From the human T2T-CHM13v2.0 reference genome, Homo sapiens: DNA of 64,000 bases. Location of the stretch: NCBI RefSeq assembly GCF_009914755.1, contig NC_060928.1; one strand, written 5' to 3'. Below are positions 50,997 to 64,000 of the stretch, in pieces. A program made the position numbers and the translations under genes. Each line of letters opens with the position of its first letter. Within the stretch, counting starts at the first letter, position 1. The notes below the pieces were generated by a model. The model made no database searches. It was not told where the DNA came from and was given only the letters and a program-made list of their open reading frames with translations.

Positions 50997-51909
50997 CAGA
51001 TGTCCCAAACTTTTTAGATTCATGAAGCTCACAGTGTCTTTAAACCAAAATAAACAGTTTCATTCATTAAGTAGTTAGTCCCAATCAACATGAATTTTCT
51101 TCCCAAATACTTTAGTAGTCAGTTGAAAAACTAAAACACATATATTGTAAGAAAATGATTATTTTTATTTTATTTATAAATTACCACAATTATTTATGAA
51201 TGGAACATGTATGCCTATTGAGAACTCAGTAGCTTCTCAAATCTTAAAGTTAGGTGAACATTAACATCATAATTTCTTATTCCTCACTAGTTTTGTGAGG
51301 TGTAAGACTTTTACCACAAAAACTACCCCAAATTCAACTTCACAAGGGTTTGACCTCATCGAAAAGAATAGAGCACAATCTACTGCTGAGCTGTGAGCTG
51401 TCTCAAGCTAGTAGTTCATATGGTGTCTGGCAGATGTCAGGTATTGCTTGTTTTTCCTTTAAAATTTTAAGATGTCTTTCAATACCTTTGTGAGTTTGTT
51501 CTGTCATTCTAGGGCATCTGTATTCCTCCATTTTCATGCTGATGATAAAGATGTACCCAAGACTGAGTAATTTATAAAGAGAAAGAGGTTTAATGGACTC
51601 ACAGTGCCATGTGGCTGGGGAGGCCTCACAGTCATGGCAGAAGGTGAACGGCAAGTCTTACATGGTGGTAGGCAAGAGAGAGAGCTTGTGCAAGCAACCC
51701 CCCACCCCCCTTACAAAACCATCAGATCTTGTGAGACTTATTCACTACTACAAGAACAGTATGGGGAAACCACTCCCATGATTCAATTAACTTCCAGTGG
51801 GTCCCTCCCACAACACGTAGGAATTATGGGAGCTACAATTCAAGATGAGATTTGGGTGGGGAAATGGCCAAACCATGTCAGCACCTCAGTGGATAGTTTG
51901 GGAAAACAG
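50997..51909. mobile_element. hAT-Charlie-type DNA transposon fossil split by THE1
   Basis: Inverted termini cagatgtcccaaact ... agtttgggaaaacag. Confidence 0.6.
51519..51880 (-). mobile_element. THE1B-type solo LTR
   Basis: TG...CA ends, gaggtttaatggactcacag, ttcaagatgagatttgggtgggga, and flanks GCATC/GCACC. Confidence 0.9.
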
Positions 51910-52052
51910 GAACAGCAAGGTGGTGGGTAGCTGGAAAGGAGTGAACAAGGGGGAGAGAAGCAGCAGTCAGAAAGTGATGGGAGGAGGCAGAAGTTGTACC
52001 ACCCTCAGACCATGGTAAGGACTTCAGCTTTAACTATAAGGGGAATGGGAAG

Positions 52053-52401
52053 TGTCTTAGTCCATTTGGATTGCAATAACAAAATACCATAGACTGGGTG
52101 GCTTATAGACAAGAGAAATTTATTACAGTTCTGGAGGCTGAAAAGTGGAAGATCAAGGCAACAGCCAATTAAATATGTGAGAGCCCACTTTCTGGTTCCT
52201 AACTGGTGCCTTCTCTCTGCGTCCTCACATGGTAGAAGGGATGAGGGGTCTTTTTCATAAGGGCACTATTCCCATCTATGTGGGCTCCACTCGTATGAAC
52301 TAATCATCTCCCAAAGGTCCCACTTTCTGCTATCATCACCTTGGTAGTTAGGATTTCAACATATGAATTCTGGGGTGGACACAAACATTCAGACCATAGC
52401 A
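52053..52401 (-). mobile_element. MLT1A-type solo LTR
   Basis: TGTCTTAGTCC...ACCATAGCA with a perfect 5-bp TSD GGAAG (52048-52052 and 52402-52406). Confidence 0.9.
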
Positions 52402-54019
52402 GGAAGCCACTGGAAAGTTTGAGCAGAAGAATGACATTATCTAATTTAAAAAGTATCACTTTGGCTGCTGTATTGAGAAAAAAAAACTATAAAGATGGGG
52501 TGAGGGCAAGGTTAGAAACACGGAGTCCTGGTAGGAGGCTTCTGAAGTAATCTAGATAAAGAATCATGGTGACTGAGACTAAGATGGAAACATTGAGATG
52601 GTGAAATGTGCTCAAATTTTAGATGTATTTTGAAGGCAGTCAGTAGGATATGTTGATGGATTAGAAATGAAACATAAGAAAAAGACAGGACTCAAGAATA
52701 ATTCTGAAGTTTTTGGGCCAAAGAATATAAAGGAGAAAGTTGCTACCATCAGTGGAGGTAGGGTAGATTACAGGTGGAGCAGGTATAAAGAGCTCTATTC
52801 TAGACAGTTTCCACTTTAGACATCAGTTAGATCTGTAAGTGGAAATGCCAGCTAGCCAGCCTGGTAAACAAGTGCAGTGTTCAAAAGGGAGGCATGGGAT
52901 AAAGATGTAGTTTGTGTTGGTGTGAGGTGTGTGGATGGCATTTAAAGCCAAGAAGCTAAATGAGATTCTCTAGTGAATAAGTATAACTAGAAGAGAGAAA
53001 GGTCCAGAGCAGTGAACTGGGACACATCAATATGAATGGGTTTGGGAAAAGAGGAGGAATTCGAATGTAGATTTAAAAAGTAGGGGAAAAAGCAAGACAG
53101 TGTGGTACTCTGGAGGCTCAGTGAAAAGCAGATCATCTATTTGTCTGATGCTGCAGAGAGGTCAATAAAGATATGTAAAATAATATGCAGTTGGTCAAAC
53201 ACTTCAGTAAACTCAGAAATGAAATTCTTTCATTTAACAAAATAACTTGTGTTATGTCTTCTAAGAATCAATGCAAAGTTACTACAAGCCTTTCCTATTC
53301 AAGGATGAGAAAATCAGAATTACAAATTATAAATTATCAGAAGTATTAATTCTGATTTTGTAATAGTGTCTGAGTTTACTACTAGTACATAGTGATAACC
53401 TGTGATAAATTTCTAAAAAATAATAATTTGTTAAAAAAGTTAATTAAAATTAATCATAATAATCTTGACATATAAAATTTGTTTTCAATGTTTTAAAAAT
53501 TGGCAAGAGAAATACCTTTCAGGTCCAGCACTGCTTTTCCATAGTGACTTAATATGTATAAAATATTCGGAATATTTGCAGAACATCTGGTAAAAGCAGG
53601 CAGCTGTTTCCTTTTCAATATGTTTTAACTGACAATTTGAGAAAGCTGGAAAATAACAATTTTAATGTTCATTTAAAATTGACTTTGCAAAGAAGCAGTT
53701 TTATTCCTGTTTTCTCTAGTTGCTTGAGTTGGTTTCCTCACTTCAAAATAAAATTTTCTCAAATAAGATTGATAGAAAATCCATTAAATAATATTTTATT
53801 ATTCTAAAACAAGACCTCAAATATCTCACATTCTAACTGAAACCTTTCATTGTCAGCAGCTTGCTTATTATTTATTCCCAAGACACTATTATTTGACCCC
53901 ATTAGATTGTCATTAATGTGATTTCTGTAGGTTCTCACAATGTAATAAACCCCTTCTTGTCTCTCTCTTTCATTTATACCTCGAATCTCATGACTGATCA
54001 TCTAAGCTATGCTTTCACT

Positions 54020-55266
54020 GGTGTATAAGTCTGGGTACAGTCAAGAAAGCAGAAGCCATACTAGATATTTAAAACACATGGAGTTTAATATAATGACATG
54101 TGATAGATGAGTTTAAAATACAAATAAGGGATGGTGCCACAGCTCAGGTTAGCAAAAATAGGAAGTCACCACCACCCCCAGGGCTGGATAGAAAGCATGA
54201 AAGAGTAGCATTCCTGTAGTCCAAAAGTCAAAGCTTACTGAACAGAAGTAAAACCATGGTGAGAGTTGCTTGGCAGAGCTGGTATTATGAGGGGAGGGTA
54301 TGTGCAGAAAGAGCTGGAGAAGATACAGCTGCTTCTAGAAAGAACAATCAAAGCAGAACAAGAGAAAAAAATAGCCCTGGGGTATGTGCAACTGAGTACA
54401 GTCAGAAAAAAAGAGAACCCATACCAATTATTTTTAACAGAGGTAATTTAATATAGGCAATTGGACATAACAGGTATTGAAGTACTGAAATACTAAAGAG
54501 GGGACACTGAGGCAGTACAGAGATAGTAACTGAAGAAAGCAACCACTAGCCCCAGGGCCAGGGTAAGAAAAGAAAGAAGTTAGGAGTACTGGAAGATAGG
54601 GATTTGAAGACGGGTCATGCCGGGCTGAAATTCAGTCCTCTGAATGGGGGAGAAGATGGGTAATAGCTAGCTGCTGTTGTAACCTCAGGGGCCTAGGCAA
54701 AGGTCCCTGTGGGCTGGAACTCAGATCTTTGAGGAGGGGCTGCTTGCCAGCTTGTGCTGGATCCTTTATGAAGTGTGAAGATGAGACTGTTTCTGGAAGT
54801 GTCTAAAACAAAAATAATAAACAAAAAAACCTGGAACTTAGAATCAATGGCTACCTGAAGAAACTGCCACTTTTGGAATGAAAAATCATTGCTGTGGTCA
54901 TGCTGTCACTAACAGAAAGCAAATAGGAAAGAACTCAGCTGCTCTCCCTTTTACTGCCTTACAGGATTCTCCTTGCACTCCCTATTTACAAAGCCTAACA
55001 GGAGTCTCTTGGCAAAGGAGAAATAGAGTTTGTGGAGTCAGAAGTTCAGCATAACAGGGCAGACTATAAAAGGGTGGGTTTGGGGCTAATAAATGATAAC
55101 TTAATTACACAACCATTTGCTCCCCTATCACCATCTTCCACTAGTGCCTCCCTATTGACTAAATGTACCTAAAACCAGTGAGCTAGGGAACCTGGACAAT
55201 GTAATTCCTCACAGAGCAAGGGAAGGCAAGAAGTGATCTAAGTACAATAGGCAAATGACTGACACA
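54020..55266. mobile_element. Two related ancient LTRs (LTR78/79-like), one apparently nested in the other
   Basis: Two similar starts (GTACAGTCA...TTTAATATA at about 54035 and 54395) and two similar end blocks (about 54960-55110 and 55130-55266). Confidence 0.5.
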
Positions 55267-55362
55267 CAAATACTCTTTGTTGTTTTGTACTGTCTACTAC
55301 TCTGGATAAGCAAAACCCCAACACTATATCAAATATATAGCCCAACTTCTGTGCTATATACC

Positions 55363-55670
55363 CAGGGGTCAGCAAACTATGGTCAAGTTAAGCCCACCAC
55401 TTTTCCTACAACCTGCACCCTGAGTGGCTTTTACATTTTTTAATAGTTGAAAAAATTCAAAAGAATAATATTTTATGGCACATGAAAATTATATGAAATT
55501 TAGCTTTCAGTGTCCATGGATAAAGTTTTATTAGAACACAGCCATGCTTATTCATTTACATGTTGTCTATGACAGCTTTTCCATCACAAAGGTAGAGTTG
55601 ACAAGTTGCAACAGAGACCTTATGGACCACACAGCCTCTCTGGCTCACTAAAGAAACGGTTTACCCACTC
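55363..55670 (+). mobile_element. MER58-type hAT-Charlie
   Basis: CAGGGGTCAGCAAACT start and taaagttttattagaacacagccatgc. Confidence 0.85.
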
Positions 55671-55671
55671 A

Positions 55672-55949
55672 TACTTACTTACTTACTTACTTTATTTATT
55701 TAAAACAAGATTTCACTCTGTGGCCTAGGCTGGAGTGCACTAGCACGATCATAGCTCACTGCGGCCTCAACCTCCAGAGCTCAATTGATCTTCCCACTTC
55801 AGTCTCTCAAGTAGCTGGGAATACAGGTGTGCATCACAACACCTGGCTAATTTTTTATATTTTTTGTAGAGATGGGATTTCGCCATGTTGCCTAGGATAG
55901 TCTCAAATTCCTGAGCTTAAGTGATCCTTCCACCTTGGCTTCCTAAAGT
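55672..55949 (-). mobile_element. AluJ-type, lacking about 35 bp at the 5' end
   Basis: gatcatagctcactgcggcctcaacctcc and a (TACT)n/(TTTA)n tail. Confidence 0.9.
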
Positions 55950-55979
55950 TGGCTGCCTACTCATTATTCATACCCAGGA

Positions 55980-58110
55980 AGCTTAGTCCTGCTGATAGAA
56001 ATACAGCCATGTTGATTAGTATTTTATTTCAAGGCCATTTGTTACTCTTTCACTTGAACTTGGTCAATTACCTTCTTCCCTTTCCTTCAAACATCTGTTA
56101 CAGGTCTTCATCACTTTCCTCAAGTCTCTCAACACCCACGCCTTTACTCTAAGTCATAGACAATGTTCCATCACTTCATTGACAAAATTGGGATACAAAG
56201 AAACTTATCCTTTTCTTTCTGCTCCAGAGATACAAACACATACATCTAAAACTCTACCTTTTATCCCCTCTTAAGTCTCAGAGAATGTTGCATCTCTCCT
56301 TCATTTTAAGGGTGGCCATCTCACCTGTGCTCATGGCCTCATTCCGTCTCACCTGCTCTTTCACCATCTTCTACTCTCATCTCTTCATTGTCTGTTTCCC
56401 TTCTAGAAACATTACAGAGTAGTGACCAGGAATAAAACCTTAAGTTTGGCTGGCTAAGCTCAGATTCTACCTCCACTGCTTACTAACTCTCTAATCATTA
56501 GCAGTTTATCTTAATCTCTATTAACTTCAGTCCCTTCCTCTGTAGAAATAATTATGTGTCAAATTGCCATAAGCATTAAATAAAACAATGCATATAAACA
56601 TCTAGTGCAGTGCCCCACATATAATGTGTTTAAAATATTTTAGTTATTTTAAAATATCACTAAATTTTTACTATCATCACCTCTAAAAGGGCTGAAGTCT
56701 CCCTCCACCTAAAAACTTTAAAAAGCTCCCTTAATCCTGTGCCACCCTTTTGTTATCACTTTCTTCAACCTCTTTTTTCATTCAAACTCTCCCTTCCCAT
56801 CAAAGTAGTCTATTCTTCTTGTTTCAAGATTTCACTCTTCTTTCATTCACTCTTTAATGCATTGAAATTTAGTTTCTACTTTTAACTAGTCTTCTGAAAA
56901 TACTCTTACAAATGTCATTTATGATATCCCAATTCCCAAATCAACTCATAGTTTTCAGTCTTCATATTATCTAATTTCTCTGTGACATTCAATCTTGTTA
57001 ATCACTCACTCTTCTAAACTTTCCAACCCCTGGCTTCCAAAACACTAGTCTTTGGATTTCTCAACTGTAATTTTTTCTCTCCTGGGCATTTCTTCATCTG
57101 TCCGTGCTTTAGTTCCCATTCTGTTCCCACTGTTCATGTTGTATCATGTATTTCCTGGGCAGTTTTCTTCAGCTCCTATTAATATATATGTGCTTATAAT
57201 ATAGTAAGCATATGCTTTATTAATGCATTAATACATGTATGCTTATAATACTATAACTGCAACCCAGATCTTTTCCAAGCCCAAGCATAACATGGCTAAC
57301 TGCCCATGGTACATTCATATCAATATGACCTACTTTTAAATTCAGTGTGTCCAAAAAGCTCATATTTTTCTTAATTTGCTTCCTCTACTTTTTGATGAAA
57401 TCATTGGCATATAATCAGTCCAGAAGGCTGTGAGTCATTCTTGATCTTTCCCTTTTCTATATAAGCCAAATTCACTTAATCTCCATGTCCATCCAATTTT
57501 CACTCTTAAACATCTCATTCTATTTTCTAGTGTGAGTTTTCACACTGAAACTCTCCTCTGCCCTGGTTTCACCCTCACCATCTCCAAACCACACTGCAAT
57601 AATAGCCTGTAACTGCAGGCCCCTTTACCAGTAGTCTCGTCTGTCTCAAATCTGAATTCCACACAACAGCCAGCTCTATGTCTATTTTGACAATGCTATC
57701 CTTCTGTTTAACCCTTCAAAGGCTCCTCATTGACTGCACATTACACTCTGAGCTTCTTCAGACGCCATATACCATCCTCTATGTCGGGGGAACTATCTTC
57801 CTCTCTAGTCTCATTTCCTGCTGCTCTAAAGTAATATTTTATATCTTTTCAACAGTGTACTCTGCATTCAGAAATATGAATTATGCAGCTCTTTCTCCTC
57901 TCTGGGCTTTGCTCATGCTGTCTCCTTAGCCTGTAACATTCTTCCTCCATCTTTCCTCCAGCCCTCGACCTAACCAAATGTTTCATCATTTAGCATTAAC
58001 CCTGGTGCCACTCCTCACAGTAGGTCTCCCAGTCTGGGTTACACTCCATTCTTCACTTTTTCCTTACATTTTCACCAATGTTCTTTCCGTTGTATTATAA
58101 TTATCTAGCA
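55980..58110 (+). mobile_element. Long degraded L2 with a MIR inserted at about 56420-56650
   Basis: Pyrimidine-rich L2 motifs (gagtcattcttgatc, ccacactgcaataatagcct, ggctttgctcatgctg) and a MIR core cttcagtcccttcctctgtagaaa. Confidence 0.65.
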
Positions 58111-58759
58111 TGGTGTCTGAAAAAGAGTTCGCACTTTAGGATAGAATTATCCAAGAGTTTATTCAATATTTAATAGTTAAGTATTACTTACAAGGTAAAA
58201 TGATACATTCTTGTGTTTGCAAGAAGTAACATGTAAATCTGCCTTTCAAGGGCATGTGGTCAAGTAGGAGCTGGGTGGCAGAGAGTTAACTAGTTTTACG
58301 AACCAGTGCAAGGTAGAAATTCGTAAGTGCGGAATAGCAGTGAGGATAAAGTATTCAAAGAGTTCATGTGATATAAGGATTATTCCCATAATGAATATTT
58401 GCCAGATATTCAAAGCACTAGCCTAAATATTTTGACATTCTATCAATTTGATACAAGAGTTATGATTTTTAATTATATTGCATTTAAAACTTCAGTGCAA
58501 GTACAGCTCATGTTGCACTATCCCATACCCAGTATTTGACGAGTTGTATCTCTGACTGAATTTCTTTGCCTTTCCAAGTTTCCTCCTCCTCCAAAATGCC
58601 TTGCCCAGCAATTGCTTACAAATGCTTTTAAAAAATATTTACATTTGCATATTTCTCCAAGAATATTAAAGCAATGAGAAAGGGAAAACCTATAAATGCC
58701 ACTTTCAACAAGAAAGTGGGGAAGTGACAGAGTGAGAAAGACAAGGATGAGTGGCAGTA

Positions 58760-58940
58760 GAAAATGTGCCCAAATGAATAAGAAGTTAACAACTGTAATA
58801 TCGCTCCATGAAATACATAATGTGGGCATGATATCTCCATTTTATGGAAAAGAAAATTGAGAGTCAGAGTTGTTAAATAACTTACCTCAGTTCATGCATC
58901 CAGTGTCTTCAGGGCTGAATCTAGGTTTCAAATCTTCACA
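58760..58940 (-). mobile_element. MIR fragment
   Basis: tctccattttatggaaaagaaaattgagagtcagagttgttaaataacttacc. Confidence 0.65.
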
Positions 58941-60289
58941 AAGCAGAAAATATGAAGAGAAAGAAGAAAATATGCCAAAAGATTCATCACCAGCTCTATT
59001 CTTGGAAAATCACTCTTATGCAAAATGTTGAGGAAGTTTATAATTGTGTTTAAAATAATTAACTTTATATTTTATATGTGTGTGCATATAAAATCAGAAA
59101 CTGAAAATATAAAGACTATGCTAATTTAGTTATGTCTTGGTAATTATTCTGAGACTGATATTCAACCATTCTTCACGCACACATACATAATCTCCCACAC
59201 TCCCTCACCCCAATCTCTGCCCAGTCCACCTTTCCCATTGAACATAAGTCACACTAACCTGAGCAAATGTCCTCCACCTCAGGCAGTCTGGACCACTTGT
59301 TTTTTATGGAAAATATGATAATTTCTTATCTCTATGCCTTTGTTCCTGTCATTCTTTTGGCTGGAAATTCTGTTTCATGCACAGTCCACACTTTGGACTT
59401 TCAATATGCTTTCCATTTTTCAAGTCTAAATTCTATAGAAGGATGTAGAAGGAGTTTACTGATCTCTAACTGGAAATATTTCCATTTTCCTCTATGCCTG
59501 GCTATCAAAACAGCTGCTAACATCTGAATATTGTGCTTTCAAAATCACCACTCTGTTTCAGGCCCACACACTATCTTTGAAATAGGTATTATATGCTCCA
59601 CTTTATCTTGAAGAAGTTAGGGGCAAACTGTTTGGGCTGTTTGGGCAGTTGGCCACACAGACCCTCTTTGGATACAGAAAAGAGATGTGCCTATCACAGG
59701 CCACATATTCTAAGGCTCCAGTCCAGTCCTCAGCTGGCAGTGACCCTCCCTGAGGATGAGGATTCCAGCTGGCTAAGAGGAGCCTGTGTCCCCTCCCTTT
59801 CTGTCCCAGGGACTCTGGAATTCCTTGCATGCATGGAGCTGAGCCCATTCTTAAGGTCTGCTCAGGCCTTCTTCCTTGGCTTTATCTTCTTCAGGGCAGA
59901 CAGGACAGACACTATGTGCACCCAGAAGTCAAGTACGACCAAAGGACACCTGTTTTCAAGGAAGGTGGACTGAACTTGGACCTCAGCCAGGAGTCCAAAC
60001 CTGTGACTTGAGACCTCTCACATTTTGGATGAGAACTAGGAATGAGAAGATACAGGGCTGTGGGTTGGAGCAAGACAAAGTCAATTTCCCCCCAGTCCTC
60101 CAAGCTGTTGGAGGGAAATTTGAGCACCTGAGAAGTTTAATTTTTAGCTCAACCTTCCAGGTTATTCTGATGTGTATTTGTCAAGGGGGAATGGAGTAGG
60201 TTACATTTGATTTGACAGTTTGTTAATTTGATTTATAATTTTAAATATTTAGTTATAAAGTATGGACCAAGATATTTGGTCAATTCAGG

Positions 60290-60557
60290 AATTGTTTGCC
60301 CATCTATTGACTGATCATGGTTGGGGCATGGAGGTCTGACCATGTCAGTTCTTGGTGAGACAATTTTCATGTTCTATATACATTCCAGACCTCTGTGCTG
60401 TTGGCCAAGGTTTGATTGGCCTGAGCTGTAGTTCAACTTCTCCCTCTGCCCAATTCTGGTTCTTCCTCGTTCTTTCCAGCTATGTTAGGTCCTGGTAAAT
60501 ATCTTATACAACAAACACTGTCCCAGTGTCTATTTCCAGAGAATCTTGCTTGTAACA
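60290..60557 (+). mobile_element. LTR16-type ERVL LTR fragment
   Basis: ctccctctgcccaattctggttcttcc...gtctatttccagagaatcttgcttgtaaca. Confidence 0.6.
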
Positions 60558-60594
60558 CCTAGCAAGTCTGAAGTACACTCAATAAATATTTCTT

Positions 60595-60915
<321 letters not shown>

Positions 60916-60954
60916 AAATATTTCTTGAATATATGGTAAACACATAGTAATAAT

Positions 60955-61200
60955 AATAGAGAGCCAACATGTAAAATGCTTACTATGTGCCTGTTACTAT
61001 TCTAAGTAATGATACATATTAATTCTAACAATATTATTGAGGCATGTATTATTATTAACCCCATTTGATAGCTTAGGAAAATAAGGGCCAGAGAGGTCAC
61101 ATAATTTGTTTAGGGTCACATAGTTGGTAAGTAGTGGCTCTTACATTAGGACACAGGCAATCTGATTCCAGACTTGGCATTATTAATTACCATACTAAAA
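60955..61200 (-). mobile_element. MIR, near full length
   Basis: gcttactatgtgcc...ccccattt...agagaggtcacataa...ggtcacatagttggtaagtagt. Confidence 0.8.
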
Positions 61201-63656
61201 TGCTTCTCTGAAGATAGTAACAAATGTTCACTGATGACTGAATAACAATATACTTCTGTGGTATAAGTAGTCAGTTAACATGCTATTGATTATGCTTGGG
61301 ATATCAAAAAATATAAATGCTAGTAAACGCATTTTATTCTTTAGAACAAAGTTGAGAAAAGTAAATGAGAGAAATTTTTTAATTGACCTATTAGAGGATA
61401 TTTATTTTTGACCTTTTCTCTCATATTTGGTTGAATACTCATGATTATTTTCCCGTTCCTGTCTAATCTTTCTATTATGATAGGAGTCAGTCCTTGGGGC
61501 AAGTTCTATTTTTTGGAAATCTTTTGGAAAAGACTATGTCTTGGCCTGTAGCCCACCATTCTTAGTGACAGACTGGGCTGGATAACTCTCCTCTGTTGGT
61601 CTTGCTTCTCCTAAGCCAAAGCCTGACACTGACCTGCATTGAAAGGATATATAGTAAGGTGGTCTTAGACATTGTCCATTAGCCAACCTCGAGTCAGTAC
61701 AGTCATGAATTTTGTTTCCATTTTCCCAGTGTGGGCTGTTGTCACAGGTCTTGTTTAGTGGCTTTCTTGCTGCATTCCCCACTTCTTCAGTCACCTGGCT
61801 CCTGTCTTGTCACCAATTCTTATAGGAATTGTATTTCCTGGTCAGAAAATATGGCTACCACTTTCTATTTTTATCTGACTGCTGCTGTCTGCTCAGGTGA
61901 TCCCATAAATGAGAACCTCTAACTAAGTCAACACAAGCTGCCTACCCTACTTGGTGTATATTCTACCTAGTTTTTACTGTATTTTGAAATTTTTGCTAAA
62001 GATACTTGGCCAACTATTTTTTGCCCCTCTACGTACTGATGTCCTGGTTCCTCTTGCCCCTTTTTAATTTCATCTGTATCTGCTACTAGAACGACTGATC
62101 CAAGTCTTGCTTCTTTTTTCATACCCTTGTTTGTTAACTGATTCTATAGTTCATTGGAAGAAATTCATTCTGGCTGTGTTTTATCTGAATCAATTCCTCA
62201 TTGATTGGTCTCATATTGATCTTACAGTCACTAAAAATGTAAAGTGGGTGAACAAGTAATTACAAATTAAATTCATGCAGAAAATTTATCCAAGGAAAGA
62301 TAACTTCCATTTTGTACAATCTGTATTATTTTATTTTAGATATGCACTATTTAAGTGATTGTCCCACTGTTGCACTGACTTTACAAAAATATCTTCAGAG
62401 AGCAGAGAAGTAATTTTACTCCATTTTTCTCAAATATTAGTAGTAAATCATTTATTGAGTAGGTAATCATTTACTTGACAAATATTTATTGAGAGGCCAC
62501 TATGTGCCAGACCCTAGGCAATGTAGCATTTTTGGCATCTTAAATTCCTTACTTTTCATATACCTGTACTTTTTAGATGAAATTCATGATTGCTGTATAA
62601 AGATGCTGGGGATGGACATTTATTTTTTCTCATCACAGAAATGAACTAGCTGAGGCTTAGAGAAGTTTTCGTGACTTGACCAAGTTTATTCTGCTTAATG
62701 GCACTGAGGATAAGACTTCTGATACCCTTGCTGGTCTTTTTTTCACTAAGAATATTAAAGATTAGACATTAAGAGATTAAAGCCCATAGGGAAAGACAAA
62801 TTAGCCTTATATGTCACTTGGAATTACCTCATTAAACAAGTCTGATAGAAAATAATACTTCCACAGAATGAGTAAATGTTTGGAGTTCTGTCAAGAGATA
62901 TTCTAATTAATTTTTTTCTGAAAATGTGATGGACCCTTTTGAAAATTCCTCAATTTTATCAAAACTAGTGGAAGTTCTGCCATTCTACTCACTTAGATGG
63001 TCATTTTTCTATAATGCTTTTCTTGAGGTACATTGATAAGAAATAAATATAAGCCATGTTCACATAGAGAGACATACAGCTGGGAAAATCTAGCCCACTG
63101 GTATTTCTGGGATACTTACTTGCGTGATATGGTAAATACAGTCAATGCATGGAGAGACACAATGTAAACTGTTACTTTGAAATGCTTGCTTTTGGCACAA
63201 CTTCATCACAGGCGTTTTACAATTTACAAGGCAGTATGGAGTAATGTTGACAACTTCTGTGTTTACAAATTCACTGGTTCCTCTTTACTCCAGGCAGGAT
63301 TTTTGGTTTTGGCACCTTTTCAGATGTTTGTCATTTCTTCCCAATGTGTTTGCATCTGATATTACTCTTTATTAGAATAGCTATTATTTTATCCCAAGTT
63401 GAATGGGCCTCAGTGAGCCTATTTGACTTCCAAAAGGAAATATTTGTTATCTGGCTGGATCTGATGCTAGGTCCTTTGCAAAATGCCTGGCTTCATTACA
63501 TTTAATACATCAAAACAGCGATTTTCTTTTAATAATGACTGAAGAACATGAAAGCTTGAACAATGATATCCAATAATTATCTTCACCTTTTTCAATGTAA
63601 AGTACTGAAAGCCTTTGAAAACAGCTACTTGGTCATCTTTAAGAAAGTAAGACTTA

Positions 63657-63905
<249 letters not shown>

Positions 63906-64000
63906 CTATGAACTGAGAGAAGTATTCAATAATTAGATAAAGATAAGAATAAAAATATTGGCCTGACTAATACCTAACATTTACTGTGGGCTTACTTCAT

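Larger units (their letters stand above)
50610..53170 (-). mobile_element. Long L2 interrupted by a Charlie-type element, THE1 and MLT1A
   Basis: gaagtgacatttgagcagagactgaagg, atgtattttgaaggcagtcagtagga and gatggcatttaaagcca. Confidence 0.8.

Noticed and set aside
59593-60199. Cluster of 60-126 aa ORFs
   Set aside because: They lie in GC-richer, probably LTR-derived sequence, overlap in several frames and have no domain signature.

Overview
This is AT-rich, repeat-dense primate genomic DNA. It is human, judging by a near-consensus AluYb8 and by the GK2 protein, which places it at the GK2 locus (4q21 from prior knowledge). The only credible protein-coding gene is the intronless minus-strand glycerol kinase 2 retrogene (ATG 35970 to stop 34309, 553 aa). 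Most of the rest is Alu, L1, L2, MIR, MaLR/ERV LTR and hAT fossil sequence; subfamily names come from recalled consensus sequences, and boundaries without a TSD are approximate. I found no new multi-gene system. The most informative observations concern GK2. The ~2.85 kb retrocopy splits an ancient L1M element and has candidate degenerate TSDs. The phosphate-1 Asp is replaced by Val. The parental isoform with the hydrophobic tail was captured. There is an in-frame upstream GTG in near-perfect Kozak context, and a small GC-rich promoter-like segment lies inside the insertion. Elsewhere there are a young 184-bp-period tandem duplication, a very young AluYb8, several templated micro-duplications or palindrome clusters, nested TE stacks, and two repeat-poor enhancer-like blocks.
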